From NCBI GenBank assembly GCA_048882485.1, contig JBHLRP010000001.1:64001-128000 (forward strand): DNA of 64,000 bases, in the 5' to 3' direction. The position numbers and the translations under genes are program-made. The notes below the pieces were generated by a model. The model was not told where the DNA came from. It saw nothing but the letters and a program-made list of their open reading frames with translations, and ran no database searches. Positions 8,201 to 16,137 of this stretch are shown piece by piece. Each line of letters opens with the position of its first letter. The first letter of the stretch is position 1. The stretch is from Candidatus Thorarchaeota archaeon (lineage in GTDB: Archaea > Asgardarchaeota > Thorarchaeia > Thorarchaeales > Thorarchaeaceae).

Positions 8201-10141
8201 ATGACACTGAAGCCAAAGCTAGTGACGGAACTCGCTGAGGTCTATGAAGACCGCGTGATCACAGAGAAGCATGAGCTCGTAATCCATGGCATGGATGTTG
8301 GTTCTTTGCCCAAACAAGTGGGCTGGTTGATGAACGTCAAGCCTGACGCGATTGTGCAACCCACAACCCCTGAAGAGATTAAGTACCTGTACGAGTTTGC
8401 AAACAAGTACAAGGTGCCTCTTGTGCCCCGGGGCGCCGGAACCTCAGGCTATGGTGGTGCTATTCCTCGTAAGGGTGGCATCATTGTCGATATGCGCATC
8501 ATGAATAAGATCGTGGAAATTGACGAGGAGAATATGACCGTCACCGTTGAACCCGGACTCTCTTGGGCGAACCTGCAATTCGAGCTAAACCGCAAGAACT
8601 TCGATTTGCGCTGCTATCCCTCCTCTGGACTCTCAGCAACCATCGGTGGATGGGTTGCACAGGGCGGCGATGGAATTGGCTCTCTCAAATATGGAAACAT
8701 CAACAAGAACGTTGTCGCTTTTGAGGTAGTCTTGCCTAATGGCAAGGTCGTCAAGAGCAAGGACTGTGACCTGTTCTGCGACACCGAGGGCATACTCGGA
8801 ATAATCACAAAGGTCACCCTGAAGATTAAGCCTCTCACACCGATTAAGGTAATTGTGTCAAGTTTCCCTGAGAATTATCTGATGGTCCATGCCATTGAGA
8901 AGATACTCGAAGATGGCCCTCTTCCATTCACGATTAAGTTTGAAGAGTCCAAATACACTGACTTGAAGAAGAAGATCTGGGACAGTGAAGAGAGGTTCCC
9001 ATTCCCTGTTCATCACGGCAGCATTATGGTTGCATACGATGGAGATGAAGAGGAGATTGCAGAAGGCTTCAGAGTTGTTGAAGAAGTCACGGAGATGTAC
9101 AAGGGAACTGTCTACGATGAGCATGTCGCTGCTCACGAGTGGCATGACCGCTTCTATCCAATGCGAGTCAAGAAGGCTGGTCCCACCCTCGTCGTTGGCC
9201 AAGCATTTGCTCCCCTCGAGAACCTCACAGCAATACTGGATGATTGGCAATTTGAACAGGGATCTGCGCAAGCTGGCATTGACGGCTATGTTAACTCACC
9301 AAATGCCGTCACTATGATGGGCTATTTCCTCGAAGATGAGCGCCGTAGGTTCTTCATGTTATCATGGGCTCAGAGCTTTGTTGTTTTCAAGATTGCACAA
9401 AGGCACGGCGGCCACGCACACTCAACGGGAATCTGGTTTGCTAACCAAGCTAGTCAATACTTTGGAAAACAGCGATTGGCAAAGATTCGTGCAGCCAAGC
9501 TCAAGTACGACAAAAAGGAGATATCAAACCCTGGGAAAGTGTTCGCCTACTGGCTACCCCTCATTCTCAAGTTTGGTAAGTATTTCCTATGGATATTCTA
9601 TGACCTATTCAGGAATGGATTTGGCAGAATCGCTCCAATACTTCTAAAGTGGCTCCAGAACCTCCCACCACTCAAGTGGATGCTGCGGTGGGGCCGAGCG
9701 CATAGTCCCTGGCCAGTGCAATATGGATTAGGATGTTGCATGGTCGATGGTGCAGCTGGAATCGCGTCACGATGGGACTTTGAACGATTCGGGATGCTCC
9801 CGCTCTTTGGGCCGAGACAGTGTGATGTGCTATGGATATCTGGGTCTCTAACAAAGAAGATGGCTCCGCGACTGCGAAGAGTCTATGAGATGATGCCAGA
9901 CCCCAAGTTCGTCATCGCCTTCGGACAGTGTGCAGCCAGTGGGGGAGTCTTTTGGGACGGATACTCCTTGCAGGTACCACCTGAGTCTGTAGTCCCTGTC
10001 GACGTTTACCTGCCCGGCTGTCCTCCGAAGCCATCTGACTTCATCAGGGCTCATCTGATACTTCAGAACAAGATTCGTGCAGGCACGACACACTGGCAGC
10101 TGAAGTATGAGAACCAGGACGCAATGGGGATGATCCAATGA
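8201..10141 (+). CDS. nuoB: Fusion: FAD-binding oxidoreductase (GlcD/D-lactate dehydrogenase fold) + complex I subunit NuoB
   Basis: N-part PRGAGTSGYGGA, YPSSGLSATIGGWVAQGGDGIGSLKYG, NPGK; C-part GLGCC, DFERFG, PRQCDVL, VYEMMPDPKFVIAFGQC, VPVDVYLPGCPP; ATG 8201 with GGAGAG SD. Confidence 0.93.
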   Translation: MTLKPKLVTELAEVYEDRVITEKHELVIHGMDVGSLPKQVGWLMNVKPDAIVQPTTPEEIKYLYEFANKYKVPLVPRGAGTSGYGGAIPRKGGIIVDMRIMNKIVEIDEENMTVTVEPGLSWANLQFELNRKNFDLRCYPSSGLSATIGGWVAQGGDGIGSLKYGNINKNVVAFEVVLPNGKVVKSKDCDLFCDTEGILGIITKVTLKIKPLTPIKVIVSSFPENYLMVHAIEKILEDGPLPFTIKFEESKYTDLKKKIWDSEERFPFPVHHGSIMVAYDGDEEEIAEGFRVVEEVTEMYKGTVYDEHVAAHEWHDRFYPMRVKKAGPTLVVGQAFAPLENLTAILDDWQFEQGSAQAGIDGYVNSPNAVTMMGYFLEDERRRFFMLSWAQSFVVFKIAQRHGGHAHSTGIWFANQASQYFGKQRLAKIRAAKLKYDKKEISNPGKVFAYWLPLILKFGKYFLWIFYDLFRNGFGRIAPILLKWLQNLPPLKWMLRWGRAHSPWPVQYGLGCCMVDGAAGIASRWDFERFGMLPLFGPRQCDVLWISGSLTKKMAPRLRRVYEMMPDPKFVIAFGQCAASGGVFWDGYSLQVPPESVVPVDVYLPGCPPKPSDFIRAHLILQNKIRAGTTHWQLKYENQDAMGMIQ

Positions 10142-10671
10142 AATTGCGTGAAGACAGTGACCAGTACTGCATGCTGCTGATTGGCACAATTATTCTGAGT
10201 GCTTATGTCTTCGACCTCCTGCTAGCTTCCATTGCAGATACTGCAATGGCGCTGCACTTCCCATTCATGGCTGGCGGTCCGCTGATAATGGTGTTCTTTC
10301 TCGTTGGATACTTCAGGCCGAAGCGAGGCAGGATAAAGGTCAACATGCTCTCGATGGCAATTGTCATTGGAGTTCTCTACACAATCTACGCCTTGGTCTA
10401 CTTTGGCAGTGACATCATCTATGCATCCTGGGGAATGGGCGGCGCAATCCTTCTCGCAGGTGGCTTCTCAATGCTGGATCCAATGGAGGTAAGCGTGACT
10501 CCAGGAATTATGGAAGTCAGCGACTACAAATACAAGCCGCTACCAGAGCCTGAGCCCGTGGGAGAAGAAGCCAGCGAAGGTGAAGCTGAGTCAGAAGCGG
10601 CACCTGAACCAGAATCTAGTGACGCAGCTGAGGAATCAACTGAATCACCCGAGGAAGCTCCAACTGAATAG
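10138..10671 (+). CDS. Hypothetical 4-TM membrane protein with acidic tail
   Basis: ATGA overlap with the upstream gene; four hydrophobic segments; Glu/Pro-rich C-terminus. Confidence 0.75.
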   Translation: MKLREDSDQYCMLLIGTIILSAYVFDLLLASIADTAMALHFPFMAGGPLIMVFFLVGYFRPKRGRIKVNMLSMAIVIGVLYTIYALVYFGSDIIYASWGMGGAILLAGGFSMLDPMEVSVTPGIMEVSDYKYKPLPEPEPVGEEASEGEAESEAAPEPESSDAAEESTESPEEAPTE

Positions 10672-10760
10672 GGGATCAACTCAGCGTCTACAATTCTCAA
10701 ATGTCTAGTTATGTCTAGTTCATTCTAAAATGGGAAGGCTTGCGATGAGAGCATGGGCTC

Positions 10761-11120
10761 TCATTCACGAAGCCAAGCAAACGCAGCAAAGGCTAGAAGC
10801 AGACCAAAGGCAACCCATGCAAAGAGGAGAATACCTGCTAGGTCCGTGTACTGAGTTATATCCAAATAGGCATGTACGCCACCGAAGATACCGGAAGCCA
10901 TCGTGGCACCTATTCGTCCATTGCGTGTTGCTGCATATGCAATACTAAGAGTCGCTACTACGAAGAACAGCCCACTCAAGAAGATGAAGTATTGGAAGTT
11001 GAGATCTATCGGTGCCACAGTCAAGATGATCCAGAAGTATGCTCCAATGAATCCCATTCCGATTAGAAGCGCGAGGTAATAGAAGAATGTACCCTCTTCT
11101 TTGTATGACAATTGTATCAC
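10761..11120 (-). CDS. Small hypothetical 4-TM membrane protein
   Basis: Strongly hydrophobic 119-aa ORF; AGGT SD-like site and TATA-like element upstream. Confidence 0.7.
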   Translation of the reverse strand: MIQLSYKEEGTFFYYLALLIGMGFIGAYFWIILTVAPIDLNFQYFIFLSGLFFVVATLSIAYAATRNGRIGATMASGIFGGVHAYLDITQYTDLAGILLFAWVAFGLLLAFAAFAWLRE

Positions 11121-11454
11121 CTGTACCTTGTCGGTAAACTGTTTCCATCTGGAATATGTGCTCTATTTAAGCCCTTTGAGGGAAACTGGTCGAAGCCTTT
11201 TTATCATGCTACTTTGTACGCCGACCTCCGCAGCACAAGGTAGTCCACACCCTAAGGCAACCAGCCTTAATGGTTTTGGACATTATCTTGGCTGTCGTGT
11301 ACACGATTGGACCTGGAATACGTCACCTAAGAAGGGTTGGAGCTTGACTGCTATGGACAAAGGATTCCGGAAGAATGTGTTTGGAATGGTTCCATTCATT
11401 CTAGGTGGCTCGAAGGTTTTTCATTCTAGAACGGACCTAGGAGGGTCTTGAGGA

Positions 11455-11913
11455 TTGCAGACAGATAGGCTGTTTCTCCAATTCATCCCAGTCTTAGTGT
11501 GGGCCATTCTTGTAATTGTCCTAATTGTGATCATGCTGTTGGCATCATGGGTTCTGCGGCCCCATATACTGCAGAACTCTGAGAAGACATCTACATATGA
11601 ATGTGGAGAGGAGCCAATAGGGCCAGCAAGAATGTCATTTCCCTATAGTTACATCATCTACACAGTTCTCTTCGTCATCATAGATGTAATGGGCGCATTT
11701 CTCTGGCTGCTTTCTGTATCCCCGCTACGGTTGAACCCAGTAGTCGCTTGGCAGACATTCATCTTTGTAGTGATTATCATGGGTGCAATTGGATACGCAA
11801 TGAGATATCTGCCTCAAGCCTCACTTGATGGTAAGGAAACTCTGGAGGCATATCGCGCTGCGAAAGCGAGACATCTTGAGAAACCACGCCACCCAGGGAG
11901 GGAGCATAACTAA
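11455..11913 (+). CDS. nuoA: Complex I subunit A
   Basis: EKTSTYECGEEPIG motif, three TMs. Confidence 0.93.
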   Translation: MQTDRLFLQFIPVLVWAILVIVLIVIMLLASWVLRPHILQNSEKTSTYECGEEPIGPARMSFPYSYIIYTVLFVIIDVMGAFLWLLSVSPLRLNPVVAWQTFIFVVIIMGAIGYAMRYLPQASLDGKETLEAYRAAKARHLEKPRHPGREHN

Positions 11914-12587
11914 TGCAAGGATTTGAGTCCACTTTCGAGTCAGTGGAGTTTCTGTTGATTGCAGGAATTGTAATTGTTCTAGCTTACCTCGCTCTGGAAC
12001 ATAGAGAGATCGTCTATGCTGCATTCTTCTTTGGATTCATGGCGTCGTTTGTAGCAGGATTCTTCCTTTTGTTGGAAGCGCCTTTTGTTGCTGGTATGCA
12101 GATTGCGGTGTATACTGGAGGCATAAGTGCGTTGATCATATTTGGTGTGCTCCTACTACCAAGAGCACAAGACTCCACACTCGAGTCAATTGAGTCGCCC
12201 CGTGCAAAGAAGGTTGGCATCCTTGTATCTAGCTCCATAATGTTTCTCTCTGCAATTCTAGCTCTGACCTTCCCATGGAGTGAAACAATTCCAGAAGGCA
12301 CAATAGACGCTTCAAACAACGTTGCTCTTCTCGCTGAGTGGCTCTGGGGTGATCACGGAATCTACGTTCAGATCATTGCACTCATCATTGTGACATCTCT
12401 CGTGGGTGTCATCGTACTCATGAAGATGGATAAGGCAGAACTGATGAAGGGTATAGTTGCTGAGTTTGGCATCGAAGCAGCACCAGAACCTAAAGAGCCT
12501 GAGCCTGAGCCAGAAGAGTCTCCGGAGCCTGAGGAGACCCCGGAAGTAACTCCTGAGGCGGAAGTCAGTGAGGAGGTGACTGACTAA
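11913..12587 (+). CDS. nuoJ: Complex I subunit J with acidic tail
   Basis: LEAPFVAGMQIAVYTGGISALIIF motif. Confidence 0.92.
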   Translation: MQGFESTFESVEFLLIAGIVIVLAYLALEHREIVYAAFFFGFMASFVAGFFLLLEAPFVAGMQIAVYTGGISALIIFGVLLLPRAQDSTLESIESPRAKKVGILVSSSIMFLSAILALTFPWSETIPEGTIDASNNVALLAEWLWGDHGIYVQIIALIIVTSLVGVIVLMKMDKAELMKGIVAEFGIEAAPEPKEPEPEPEESPEPEETPEVTPEAEVSEEVTD

Positions 12588-12907
12588 TGGTCCCGCTTTC
12601 TTGGTATCTTGCTGTTGCATTCATCCTAATTGGCCTAGGAGCCTATGGAATGATGGTGAAGAGGAACCTCATTAGAATCCTGATCGGGGCGGAAATTATG
12701 GGGAACGGAGTTAGCATCGCTATAGCTGCTTTTGCGGTCTACAGCCCTACCTTTACGCTGACAGGACAGGCTCTCATCATTCTCATGATATCAGTTGCCG
12801 CAGCTCACACTGCTTTAGCCTTGGTTTTGATGCTTGCTTACAATAGGCGGCATGGAACAGTGGACCTGGGAAGACCAATCTCACAGGAGGATAAGATCGA
12901 TGTCTGA
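12587..12907 (+). CDS. nuoK: Complex I subunit K
   Basis: KRNLIRILIGAEIM; ISVAAAH (the canonical second Glu is His here). Confidence 0.92.
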   Translation: MVPLSWYLAVAFILIGLGAYGMMVKRNLIRILIGAEIMGNGVSIAIAAFAVYSPTFTLTGQALIILMISVAAAHTALALVLMLAYNRRHGTVDLGRPISQEDKIDV

Positions 12908-13421
12908 AGGTGCTCCGATGTCTGGTGCCACATTTGGTAGGCAGATTGTCAGCAAGTTTCCTGGTGTTGAATGTACTCCAAAGGAAGATGGTATCCTTGA
13001 GTGCATGGTACCAGCGGACAAAATCAGAGATGTTGTTGGGATGATTGACGAGCAGATTGATGATGCATTTCCAGAGAGCGTTTTTGGAGTTGACCTTCAA
13101 GAAGACAAGTATGAGGTCATCTACATTTTCTGGTCGCGAGCCAATAGAACTCAATATCACCTTCGAGTTTCACTTGAGGGTACCAATCCCGAGGTGGATA
13201 CAATCTGTGATATTTTCCCAGGCATGGAGTGGCATGAGAGAGAAACCTGGGAGATGTTTGGAATCACCTTCAAAGGACATCCTGACCTCCGGCTTTTGTT
13301 GCTTCCTGAGGAGCTCGAAGGGAAATATCCTCTGAGGAAGAGCTTCGTGACAGATAGGGCACGGCTCGAGGAGGCCGACAGAACGCCTCCAAAGACGCCA
13401 GAAGGAGGTGCGACTGAATGA
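12900..13421 (+). CDS. nuoC: Complex I subunit C
   Basis: WHERETWEMFGITFKGHPDLRLLLLP..YPLRKSF; start moved to ATG 12900 (GGAGG SD). Confidence 0.93.
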   Translation: MSEGAPMSGATFGRQIVSKFPGVECTPKEDGILECMVPADKIRDVVGMIDEQIDDAFPESVFGVDLQEDKYEVIYIFWSRANRTQYHLRVSLEGTNPEVDTICDIFPGMEWHERETWEMFGITFKGHPDLRLLLLPEELEGKYPLRKSFVTDRARLEEADRTPPKTPEGGATE

Positions 13422-14554
13422 GCCCTGACATTCTAGACGAAACAACCGAGGTCTGGTTCGGACCTCAGCACGTATCCGCACACGGATGGGCAGCTAGGCT
13501 TACACTCGTTGGAGACTTTGTAGTAGAATGCGATCCTAACGCAGGATATTTCCATCGATCAGCTGAGAAGTGCTTGGAGTTCAGGAACTTTAGGCAAGGG
13601 TCTCTCATCATGGAACGGCTCTGCATGCTTGAGGCATTTCTGGCTGAGTATCCTTACATCATGGCGGTTGAGAAGATTGCAGGACTAGAGGTACCTGAAC
13701 GAGCTAAGGTCATGCGAACCATCATGATGGAGGCTAGCCGAATACATTCATTGCAGTTCTGGTGGGGTCAGTTCTCAGCTGAACTTGGGCTTTTTGCGAT
13801 GTTGCTATGGCCCTGGGTCGACCGAGAGTTCTTCCTCGATACTTTCGAGGAACTCAGCGGGTCCCGTCATGCTGTCTCCTATAGTACACCCGGCGGTGTG
13901 AAGTACGACTTCACAGACAAGGTGCTCAAGAAGCTCGACATTGCCTTGGAGCGGTTTGAAGACCGAATGCCTACAATGCGTGATATGCTCATGGGCAGTC
14001 CCACTTTCCGAGCAAGGACAGAGAGCATTGGTCAATACACCTTGAAGCAAGGTCTGAAGTTTGGTCTAAGCGGTCCGCCAATCAAGGCATGTGGTCTGCC
14101 AATGGATCTACGAAAAGATGCCCCTGACCCGAATCTTGCCTACGATATGATTGATTGGGAAGTTCCAATTACTGAGAGCGAAGAACACCCCGGAGAGAGT
14201 GATGCCTACGACAGAATGGTCCAGCGATTCAAGGAGATGGAGACCTCAGTAGAGATAATTCGGAAATTGCTACCTTTAGTTCCTGACGGCCCCATTGTTG
14301 ATCCTAAGGCTCGAGCCAAGGCCAATAGGCTTCCAGAGGGTGAAGCCTACGGCCGTGTTGAGGGGACAAGAGGAATCTCAACCCTCTGGCTTAAGACTAC
14401 TGAAAAGGCGCAGACTCCTTACAGGGCCAAGATACGTGGTCCCTGTTTCAATTCTTACTACTCACTGAAGCATTTGGTTCCGGGTGCGAAGTTTGCAGAC
14501 TTCATTGTCGTTTTCGGATCGCTTGATCCGTATCCAGGGTGGTGGGATCGCTGA
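13418..14554 (+). CDS. nuoD: Complex I subunit D (no NiFe-binding CxxC pairs)
   Basis: FGPQHVSAHG, GYFHRSAEK, ERLCML, PGGV, EGTRG, PYRAKIRGP, SLDPYPGWWDR. Confidence 0.92.
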   Translation: MSPDILDETTEVWFGPQHVSAHGWAARLTLVGDFVVECDPNAGYFHRSAEKCLEFRNFRQGSLIMERLCMLEAFLAEYPYIMAVEKIAGLEVPERAKVMRTIMMEASRIHSLQFWWGQFSAELGLFAMLLWPWVDREFFLDTFEELSGSRHAVSYSTPGGVKYDFTDKVLKKLDIALERFEDRMPTMRDMLMGSPTFRARTESIGQYTLKQGLKFGLSGPPIKACGLPMDLRKDAPDPNLAYDMIDWEVPITESEEHPGESDAYDRMVQRFKEMETSVEIIRKLLPLVPDGPIVDPKARAKANRLPEGEAYGRVEGTRGISTLWLKTTEKAQTPYRAKIRGPCFNSYYSLKHLVPGAKFADFIVVFGSLDPYPGWWDR

Positions 14555-14565
14555 TGGGAGGTGTC

Positions 14566-15699
14566 ATGTTGCAGATAGATTTCTTTGCATGGCTTCAAGG
14601 AATCCCTCAATGGCTATATGGAGTCATTCAGTGGTTGTTCGACATTGTCAGTGGAATCTTCTACTGGATATGGGGCATCTTCACATGGATTTGGGCAGCT
14701 CTATTCGATGTAGCCAACTTCTTCTTCCTAATTCGAGCAGTGCTATTCCCAGGTCTTGTCTTCATTCTCATGACAATCATCTTTGCTGTTTGGTATACGC
14801 GCAAGCTCTGGGGCAGAATTCAAGACAGGCGTGGTCCATTTCACTTGGGTAAGTACGGAGGACTTCAACTCTTCGCTGATGCGATTAAGCTCGTAGGAAA
14901 GGAAACCATAATCCCTGACAAGGCGAAACGCTGGATGTATCGGTTCCTTCCATCACTATTGCTGTTGGTTGTCTTAATCCCATTTGCGTTCATCCCATGG
15001 GATCCAATTTGGTACATTGCTGATTTATCGGTCGGTCTAGTGCTAGTCTTCGCATTTCTAACTGCAGTGCCCATAGTAGCATTGCTATCTGGTTGGATAA
15101 GTGGGTCCAAGTATACACTCATAGGTGGTTTCAGAGCAGCTAATAATCAGTTTGCTTGTGAGATTCCATTAATCATCTCATCAGTAGGCCCGGCGATGCT
15201 GGCTGGTTCTTTGAGTGTGATGGGAATCGCAATGGCTCAAACAAATGTCTGGTTCATATTCCTTCTACCAATCAATGTAGCCACATTCCTTGTGGCCGCG
15301 ATAGGCTCTGTGGGAACCTTTCCATTTGATGCTCCTGTGGCTGACTCGGAGGTTATCTTTGGCTGGAGGACAGAGTTCAGTGGCATCTACTTCACACTAA
15401 CCTATTTCGCAGAGTTTGCTGAGCAGGCTCTCTATTCAGCACTCATTGTTGCACTGTTCCTTGGTGGGTTCCATGGACCGGCTTTCTTGCCAGGAAGCGT
15501 GATATTCATCATCAAGTTCCTGATAGTATTCTTCTTCTTCGTCGTTGTGACGTCATCGTTCCATCGGCTAAGACAAGACCAGATTGTGTACTTCTGCTGG
15601 AAGTATCTACTTCCATTGTCAATACTGAATGTTGTGCTTGTGATGTTGGGAATAGCCAACATCCCCTTGCTACAAGCAGTTCTTGGAATAGGAGGGTAG
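14566..15699 (+). CDS. nuoH: Complex I subunit H
   Basis: RKLWGRIQDRRGP, GGLQLFADAIKLVGKE, PFD..DSE..GWRTEFSG; GGAGGTG SD before ATG 14566. Confidence 0.93.
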   Translation: MLQIDFFAWLQGIPQWLYGVIQWLFDIVSGIFYWIWGIFTWIWAALFDVANFFFLIRAVLFPGLVFILMTIIFAVWYTRKLWGRIQDRRGPFHLGKYGGLQLFADAIKLVGKETIIPDKAKRWMYRFLPSLLLLVVLIPFAFIPWDPIWYIADLSVGLVLVFAFLTAVPIVALLSGWISGSKYTLIGGFRAANNQFACEIPLIISSVGPAMLAGSLSVMGIAMAQTNVWFIFLLPINVATFLVAAIGSVGTFPFDAPVADSEVIFGWRTEFSGIYFTLTYFAEFAEQALYSALIVALFLGGFHGPAFLPGSVIFIIKFLIVFFFFVVVTSSFHRLRQDQIVYFCWKYLLPLSILNVVLVMLGIANIPLLQAVLGIGG

Positions 15700-15705
15700 A
15701 GCAAG

Positions 15706-16137
15706 ATGGGATTCTTCAGAAATCTAGGTGACATATTCCAGATATTGAGACACGTATTCCGTCAGGTGATGTCCCGTCCATTCACGTACTTCTATCCATT
15801 TGAGGACAGGGAATATCCAGAGAGGACTCGTGGAAGGCATATCTTTGTGCGTGAGAATTGCACATCATGCATGCAGTGTGTGCGGGCTTGTCCTGTTGTC
15901 GCTATTAGCATCGATAAGAGTGACAAGCATTTCGAGAAAGACGCCGCTCTATACTTTGACTATACGCGGTGCATATTCTGTGGACTATGCGTTCAAGCCT
16001 GCAGGTTTGATGCTTTGTTTCACACTCAGGTTGTTGATATCAGCGAAGGAGAGAGGGAGGACTTGCTCTATGGTCCTGACAAGATAGAAACTCTCGATCG
16101 AGACCCGCTTGAGTGGCGTGGAAGGAGGTTCCGTTGA
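15706..16137 (+). CDS. nuoI: Complex I subunit I (2x[4Fe-4S])
   Basis: CTSCMQCVRACP and CIFCGLCVQACR. Confidence 0.93.
   Translation: MGFFRNLGDIFQILRHVFRQVMSRPFTYFYPFEDREYPERTRGRHIFVRENCTSCMQCVRACPVVAISIDKSDKHFEKDAALYFDYTRCIFCGLCVQACRFDALFHTQVVDISEGEREDLLYGPDKIETLDRDPLEWRGRRFR

Noticed and set aside
11101-11451. 116-aa ORF or uORF upstream of nuoA
   Set aside because: Overlaps the opposite-strand gene start and promoter elements; no recognisable protein features
13418-14554. Group 4 NiFe hydrogenase large subunit
   Set aside because: Both Ni-binding CxxC motifs are absent, and NuoB has the tandem CC of complex I
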